Positions 58,702 to 64,000 of a stretch of 64,000 nt of DNA are shown piece by piece. Positions within the stretch are counted from its first letter, which is position 1. Every line of letters starts with the position of its first letter. The notes under the pieces were generated by a model. It ran no database searches and had not been told where the DNA came from. It was given only the letters and a program-made list of their open reading frames with translations. Origin of the DNA: a virus. The stretch covers positions 64,001 through 128,000 of IMG/VR virus record IMGVR_UViG_3300043411_001170; one strand, written 5' to 3'. Made by a program: the position numbers and the translations under genes.

Positions 58702-61700
58702 ATGGCTGATAACCTTAATAACTTTCCTGGGAAAATTTATGCTCCTCCTGGACCATATACTCAGACATTTAGTCAACCAGCAACAGCCACAACTCCTGAT
58801 TTAAACCGAGTTCCCACATATATCGGAACAGGTAATGAAATTCTTTCAATCGAATCTCAAGAATTGGTTAGAGGTTCTTCTGCAAGAGTAGATCAAGAGA
58901 TTGTAGACGAAGATGTTTCTGGACGATTGGTTGTAGAAATAACCATCGGTGGTGAAATAATTCTTGGACCTTATGACGGTGTCGGGTCTAGAGTTCAAGT
59001 AAGACATTATCCTATCGTTAATGGCAACGGAACGGGAACCGTTAGCAACGATAGAAGCCGTGTAGCAGCTACTGTAAATGGTGAGCCTGTCGTTGTTCTA
59101 GCTGTGGAAGGATTGAGAGGTCTTGTAACTCTTGGAAATTCAATAGGCATTGATGATGAAGTAAGAATAACTTATTTCTTCAAAAGAAAAGATACACAAT
59201 TGACAGACGATGTCTCTGAACAAGTTACTTCAACTCCTGCAATTATTGAGGGGGAAATCGGACTAGCTTCTGGAGATACCTTTGAAATCATTGAGAATTT
59301 CAATGATACTCTTCTATTCTCTGTAGATAACATTGTAGAGACATCTATAGTTATTGCAGAGGGTGATTACACACCTTCACAAATTGCTGCTCTTATCACA
59401 GGTGCAGATTTAGGAACATTATCTTCAGCAGCGTTCACCAATAATGAAGGAAAAATTGCTGTTCGTTTGCAGTCTGACCACTCCTTACAAATAGGTAATG
59501 GATCGGCTAACGGCGTGTTTGGTTTTGTTTCTGGTGACAGAACTACAAGAGCCAACACCTTTTACACCTTTAATGGTCCTATCGTAGATGGAACCAATGG
59601 TGGTGTTACGACAACAGATCCTTCTAAAGTTACTGTAAAAGTAAATAATATCCCTGTAGTTGTTACAGCCGTTGACGGTACGAATAGAGCCGTGTCTATT
59701 GCTCTACCTCCTGCTGTTGGAGATACTGTAGAAATTACCTATTACATTAATACTTGGCAAGATACTTATGATTATTTGCCAGTTCCTAATGTTGTAGAAA
59801 TAACACGTTGCGGTTTAACACCTGGAAGAAAAGACTACGTCCAAGGTGTAGATTTCATTTTAAAAGATGATTTAATCATCTGGGGATCTGCTACCGTTGT
59901 ATCAACAGGTATAACAACGGAAAACTTTGCTGCTTTCGGTGCATCACAAGTAAGTTCAACACTTGTAGATCAAAGAGATTATTTATCTATTTGTGAACCA
60001 GTTGTTAATACTTCTACAAATCCTCCTACACAATCCAGAAAAGATTTCCAATTACAGTTTGTACCAACAACAGGTAATGGAAGAAACACTCCCCTTTCTG
60101 CAAACTTGTTTAATACTATTTCTAATAACAGACAAGACCTTGCTACTGCAAGACCTGATTTAATTTCTGCTTATTGGGGATACTCTTTACAAGATGCATT
60201 AGATCGTGGTCCTGTTCCAATCACTGTTGTAAATCCAAACACTAGAACAATTACCTTAAAAGATCCTGTTCCAACAAATGCCTTAGTATGGGCAACTCTA
60301 TACTATAATAATTTGTTAGACGGAACCTACACTCTATCGACTGTAATTCCTGGTGCTACTGGTGTAGGCGTATATACGGTTACAGACTCTCAAAATAATT
60401 CACTTTATAATGTGAATTTAGGAACAAAGTCTCCTGCTTTAACAGGGGTGACTCTTGTGTTCCCAAGAGGATCTGAATTTTATCCAGATGCTAGAATTGA
60501 ATCCAATAATTCTGCCGTTCTTGCTGGTCCTGTAGATGAGGTTGTAACAGTTACATTTGCAGAAACTGGTGATTCTCCTGCAAAGTATTCTGTAGATGGT
60601 CCTGGCTCTTACTACTTTGTAGACGCTGCATCTGATCGTCTTCGTTTAACGATTGATGGAGTATCCTTAGCTTCTGGTGCAGCAGGTCTTGATTTATCTA
60701 ATCCTACTGGAGTGGCTTCTGGATTCTTTGCTTCTCTGTTAGGATCTGAAGTAGTCTATGATGCTTCTACAGGTGGAGCAACATATACTATTGCCACAGA
60801 AGATAAAGATTTATCTGTAAATGTGGACGGAATTGTAATTAATTCTTCTGCAACTGTAGGTGCTGGTGCAACTGCCCAGGCTTATGTAGATGCATTAAAT
60901 ACAGCCGCTGTAGCTGGTGGAACAGTTGCACCTAAATATAAAGGTGCAACTCGATTTACCTCTGCATTTATAGTAGCAGCATCAGAATATGACAGACTGA
61001 ATTTCCACTTTACAGGAGATGTTGTTGGACTTTCTGGATTGCAAACACTTGTGTTAACTCCAGGAACTTACAACTCTGTAAACGCATTAATTACAGAAAT
61101 TAATACTCAGATTGGGTTATTAACTCCTCCGTCTAATGCAACAGGTAGCTATACTCTAGCCGTTCCCATTGTTGGAAATACAGTAACTATTGGAGGTACT
61201 GTATTTACGGGTGTAGCTTCCGTTAGAACTATCGGTGGTAATAACTTTGATGTGCGTCCTGCTGCACAAGCTACTGCAACTATTACAGTAACTGCACCCG
61301 TTTTAGCAGGTGAGATTATCTCGATCAATGGAATCGATCTTACTGCTGTTTCTGGTGCTCCCGGTGTTGATGAATTTGATATCTCTTCGGGTGTTTCAAA
61401 TACTATTGCTTCAAATATCAATACTGCTGTAAATGCTGGTGGAAACTCTTTTACAGGAACTGCAACTGGTGGTGTTCTTGGTAATGTTGTAACCTTAACA
61501 GCAGTTCCTGTAGGTGAACTCGGAAACGTACTTACCCTAACTACTACCGATGCGGTAGGATTGACTATTTCAGGTCCATTATTTACGGGCGGTATTGATG
61601 CAACAAATGATGCAGAATCATTAACTGCTGCAATCAATGATGCCTTAAACTGGACGGGTGATGCACCTGTTACTGCTTTACAAGCTGGTGCAGTGGTTAA

Positions 61701-64000
61701 CCTAACTGCTGTAGTTCCTGGGATCACTGGAAATACAATTACCATTACTTCAAACAGTGGTAATATCGTTCCCTCTGGTGCTACCTTAACAGGTGCTGTG
61801 GCAGGATTCTCTGGTGATTTAACAGTATCTGCTGATTCTTCTGGCAGATTAACCTTTGCATTAGAGAAGGGTACGTTTAATAATTCTGGTTTCTTAGAAT
61901 TTATCACAGATACTACAGCAACAAGAGATTTTGCAACATTAGCAGGTATTGATACTGCTGCTTCTGTAGGATCAACACAAACCAAATTATATGACGGTCC
62001 TATTGCAACTAGATTTACCGTAGGTTCTGCACCTCTCTTATATGATCGCATCATTTTGAGAAACAGACTTATGCCTGGATCTGGAAGTATTGCACCATAT
62101 CATAACGTTGCACAAACCCAATTAAAAGTTCTTGGATCTGGATCTTCAGATAAAATTGGATTTGTGTCTCAGCAAACAGGTATGGCTGGATATCAAGCTG
62201 TTATCCAAGCACCTACATTATTCGGTAGTGTAGGTTTTGCTGGGGGACAAGGAGCGTCAGGTCAACCTACTGTCGTATTCTATAATGGAACAGGTGTTAA
62301 TGCAGCTAACAATGTGTTCAAGTTTACAATGGACAACACATCTGTTACTGTTACTTTCACTTCTTCTACAAATGGTACAGCTACTGAGTTAGGTCCAGTA
62401 GCCACAGCAACTACAGTATTAAATCAGATTGCTGTAGCTATGGCTGCCGCAGGATTTGGTGGTGGTGTAACTGCTACTGTAATCTCTCAACTTCTTGTGA
62501 GACAAGAAGGCGCGGGTATTAGACTAAAAAGCCCAAGAGTAGATCAGATCGGATCTATTTTAATTGGAAATGGAAATGCTAATACTGTGCTTGGTTTTGT
62601 TGAAGGTGTTTCTTCCTTTAGAACTCCTGTAGACACAAAAGTAGTAGCATCTGCATTAATGTCTAATGCTCAAGCACCTGGAGATATTGCCGATTGGATC
62701 TTAGATCCATCTAATACTGCTGCTACCTATTTTGCTGCCGAAGCATTAGCAGGTGTTGTATTAGATGAAGTAAATGCAGAATATTTGTACTTACAATCTA
62801 GAACATTAGGTAGTAGCTCAAGTATTGCATTTGTAGATCCAACTCAACATAGTGCATTACTACCAGGAACTAGACTCATTGATAGTGTTGGTGATGGTTC
62901 AGTAGGTGAAGATGGTATTTCAGGATACTATGTAACATCTAATGACTCTAACGATGGGTCTGGAACCGTCAATGATTCTATCTTTAATTCTGGTGTTGGA
63001 CAAGACGGATTTGTCGGACAAACGTACAGAGATAAGATCACAGGATTAACATTTACTATCCTCCCAAGAGATAGTGGTGATTACCCTGTAGGTTCGTTCT
63101 TTACCTTTGTTGTTTCAAAAAATATTCTAACTAACGGTAATCTCCCAATCAGAGCTATTCCAGGTGTTGAAGTTCTCGTAACTTCTACAGCAGGAACAAA
63201 TGTTGGTGATACTGCATTAGTAGAAAATTTTGAAAAATCAGGTGAGGAGCCTGGAATTGGAGAGATCTATTATATCTCTCTCAACTACACTAAATCAGAT
63301 TACCAACACAGATTGTTTACAAGATTAGATACGATCCAAAACACCTATGGTGCTTTGTCTCCTAATAATCCTGTAACATTAGCCGCATATTTGGCCATTC
63401 TTAATGGTGCGACTGTTGTAGGTATTAAACAGATACCAAAAGGTGATACTGGATTTGGTACAACTCAAGACTATTTGGATGCTTTAGTTGAATTGGAGCA
63501 GCCTTTTGAGGGAGGAGTTTTACCAACAATCCTAACTCCTTTAACAGGTGGAGCAAGTAGCTTACCATTCTTTAGAGAGCTTTCTAAACACGTCGATCAA
63601 ATGTCGTCTATCCGATTTAAGAAAGAGCGTACTGCCATCATTGGTGTATCTCCTATTACTACGGCAGACGATGCAATCACTATTGCTACTGATTTAGAAA
63701 GTGCAAGAATTATCTTTGTTTATCCAGACTCTGTTCTTGTACTGGTTCCTAATAACACTGGTGGACAAGATGAATTCTTGGTTGAAGGTTTCTATTTAGC
63801 AGCAGCCCTAGCAGGTTCTGCAAGCTCTGGTCAAACGGACGTTGCTACACCTCTTACAAACCGAGTAATTAAGGGATTCAAAAAGCTTGGCCGTCGTCTG
63901 AACGACACACAAGCAAATAGAATCGCGCAAAATGGTGTGACTATAATGGTTGAGGATGGTGGGAACATTATTGTTCGCCATGAATTAACAACCAATATGG
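58702..64000 (+). CDS. Giant contractile tail sheath protein (>1766 aa, 3'-truncated; absent from the ORF track)
   Basis: ATG 58702 after AGGTG; N-terminal YAPPGPYT..F; C-terminal HVDQMS..KKERTAIIG, IFVYP, YLAAALAG, PLTNRVIKGF, NGVT...IVRHELTT; same frame at all points checked to the window end. Confidence 0.88.
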   Translation, partial: MADNLNNFPGKIYAPPGPYTQTFSQPATATTPDLNRVPTYIGTGNEILSIESQELVRGSSARVDQEIVDEDVSGRLVVEITIGGEIILGPYDGVGSRVQVRHYPIVNGNGTGTVSNDRSRVAATVNGEPVVVLAVEGLRGLVTLGNSIGIDDEVRITYFFKRKDTQLTDDVSEQVTSTPAIIEGEIGLASGDTFEIIENFNDTLLFSVDNIVETSIVIAEGDYTPSQIAALITGADLGTLSSAAFTNNEGKIAVRLQSDHSLQIGNGSANGVFGFVSGDRTTRANTFYTFNGPIVDGTNGGVTTTDPSKVTVKVNNIPVVVTAVDGTNRAVSIALPPAVGDTVEITYYINTWQDTYDYLPVPNVVEITRCGLTPGRKDYVQGVDFILKDDLIIWGSATVVSTGITTENFAAFGASQVSSTLVDQRDYLSICEPVVNTSTNPPTQSRKDFQLQFVPTTGNGRNTPLSANLFNTISNNRQDLATARPDLISAYWGYSLQDALDRGPVPITVVNPNTRTITLKDPVPTNALVWATLYYNNLLDGTYTLSTVIPGATGVGVYTVTDSQNNSLYNVNLGTKSPALTGVTLVFPRGSEFYPDARIESNNSAVLAGPVDEVVTVTFAETGDSPAKYSVDGPGSYYFVDAASDRLRLTIDGVSLASGAAGLDLSNPTGVASGFFASLLGSEVVYDASTGGATYTIATEDKDLSVNVDGIVINSSATVGAGATAQAYVDALNTAAVAGGTVAPKYKGATRFTSAFIVAASEYDRLNFHFTGDVVGLSGLQTLVLTPGTYNSVNALITEINTQIGLLTPPSNATGSYTLAVPIVGNTVTIGGTVFTGVASVRTIGGNNFDVRPAAQATATITVTAPVLAGEIISINGIDLTAVSGAPGVDEFDISSGVSNTIASNINTAVNAGGNSFTGTATGGVLGNVVTLTAVPVGELGNVLTLTTTDAVGLTISGPLFTGGIDATNDAESLTAAINDALNWTGDAPVTALQAGAVVNLTAVVPGITGNTITITSNSGNIVPSGATLTGAVAGFSGDLTVSADSSGRLTFALEKGTFNNSGFLEFITDTTATRDFATLAGIDTAASVGSTQTKLYDGPIATRFTVGSAPLLYDRIILRNRLMPGSGSIAPYHNVAQTQLKVLGSGSSDKIGFVSQQTGMAGYQAVIQAPTLFGSVGFAGGQGASGQPTVVFYNGTGVNAANNVFKFTMDNTSVTVTFTSSTNGTATELGPVATATTVLNQIAVAMAAAGFGGGVTATVISQLLVRQEGAGIRLKSPRVDQIGSILIGNGNANTVLGFVEGVSSFRTPVDTKVVASALMSNAQAPGDIADWILDPSNTAATYFAAEALAGVVLDEVNAEYLYLQSRTLGSSSSIAFVDPTQHSALLPGTRLIDSVGDGSVGEDGISGYYVTSNDSNDGSGTVNDSIFNSGVGQDGFVGQTYRDKITGLTFTILPRDSGDYPVGSFFTFVVSKNILTNGNLPIRAIPGVEVLVTSTAGTNVGDTALVENFEKSGEEPGIGEIYYISLNYTKSDYQHRLFTRLDTIQNTYGALSPNNPVTLAAYLAILNGATVVGIKQIPKGDTGFGTTQDYLDALVELEQPFEGGVLPTILTPLTGGASSLPFFRELSKHVDQMSSIRFKKERTAIIGVSPITTADDAITIATDLESARIIFVYPDSVLVLVPNNTGGQDEFLVEGFYLAAALAGSASSGQTDVATPLTNRVIKGFKKLGRRLNDTQANRIAQNGVTIMVEDGGNIIVRHELTTNM

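Noticed and set aside
61149-62054. 301-aa minus-strand ORF
   Set aside because: Antisense shadow of the Gly/Ala/Thr-rich sheath gene; no independent motifs. The same applies to 32360-32806, 28586-29119 and the other short reverse ORFs.
1-64000. CRISPR arrays, tRNA/rRNA genes, stop-codon recoding, introns or inteins
   Set aside because: No repeat-spacer arrays or cloverleafs noticed by eye; genes tile densely under the standard code with TAA, TAG and TGA all used as stops; TerL and DnaX appear uninterrupted.

Overview
AT-rich, gene-dense window read almost entirely on the + strand. It looks like part of a large (jumbo-type) contractile-tailed dsDNA phage genome. 1-8.8 kb is a replication/transcription block: TOPRIM primase fragment, DnaX clamp loader, a winged-helix-NusG fusion, a tandem sigma-region-4 protein and an orphan N6-adenine methyltransferase. 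8.8-64 kb is a virion morphogenesis block: fibres, probable internal head proteins, GH25 lysin, TerL, portal, prohead protease, acidic scaffold, HK97/encapsulin-like major capsid protein and a degenerate paralog, a fibre cluster, neck proteins, and a giant tail sheath of >1760 aa that is missing from the ORF track because it runs off the window. A type IB topoisomerase and an actin-like ATPase are embedded in this block. Most notable: (i) a recurrent K-x-A(S/A/G) motif in putative head-packaged proteins; (ii) a candidate phage antitermination system upstream of a terminator-rich late region; (iii) an E. coli-like -1 frameshift signal in phage dnaX; (iv) a ~110-aa beta-rich module inserted in one of two tandem paralogs and nested inside itself in the sheath. 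All calls come from motif recognition by eye; no searches were run.
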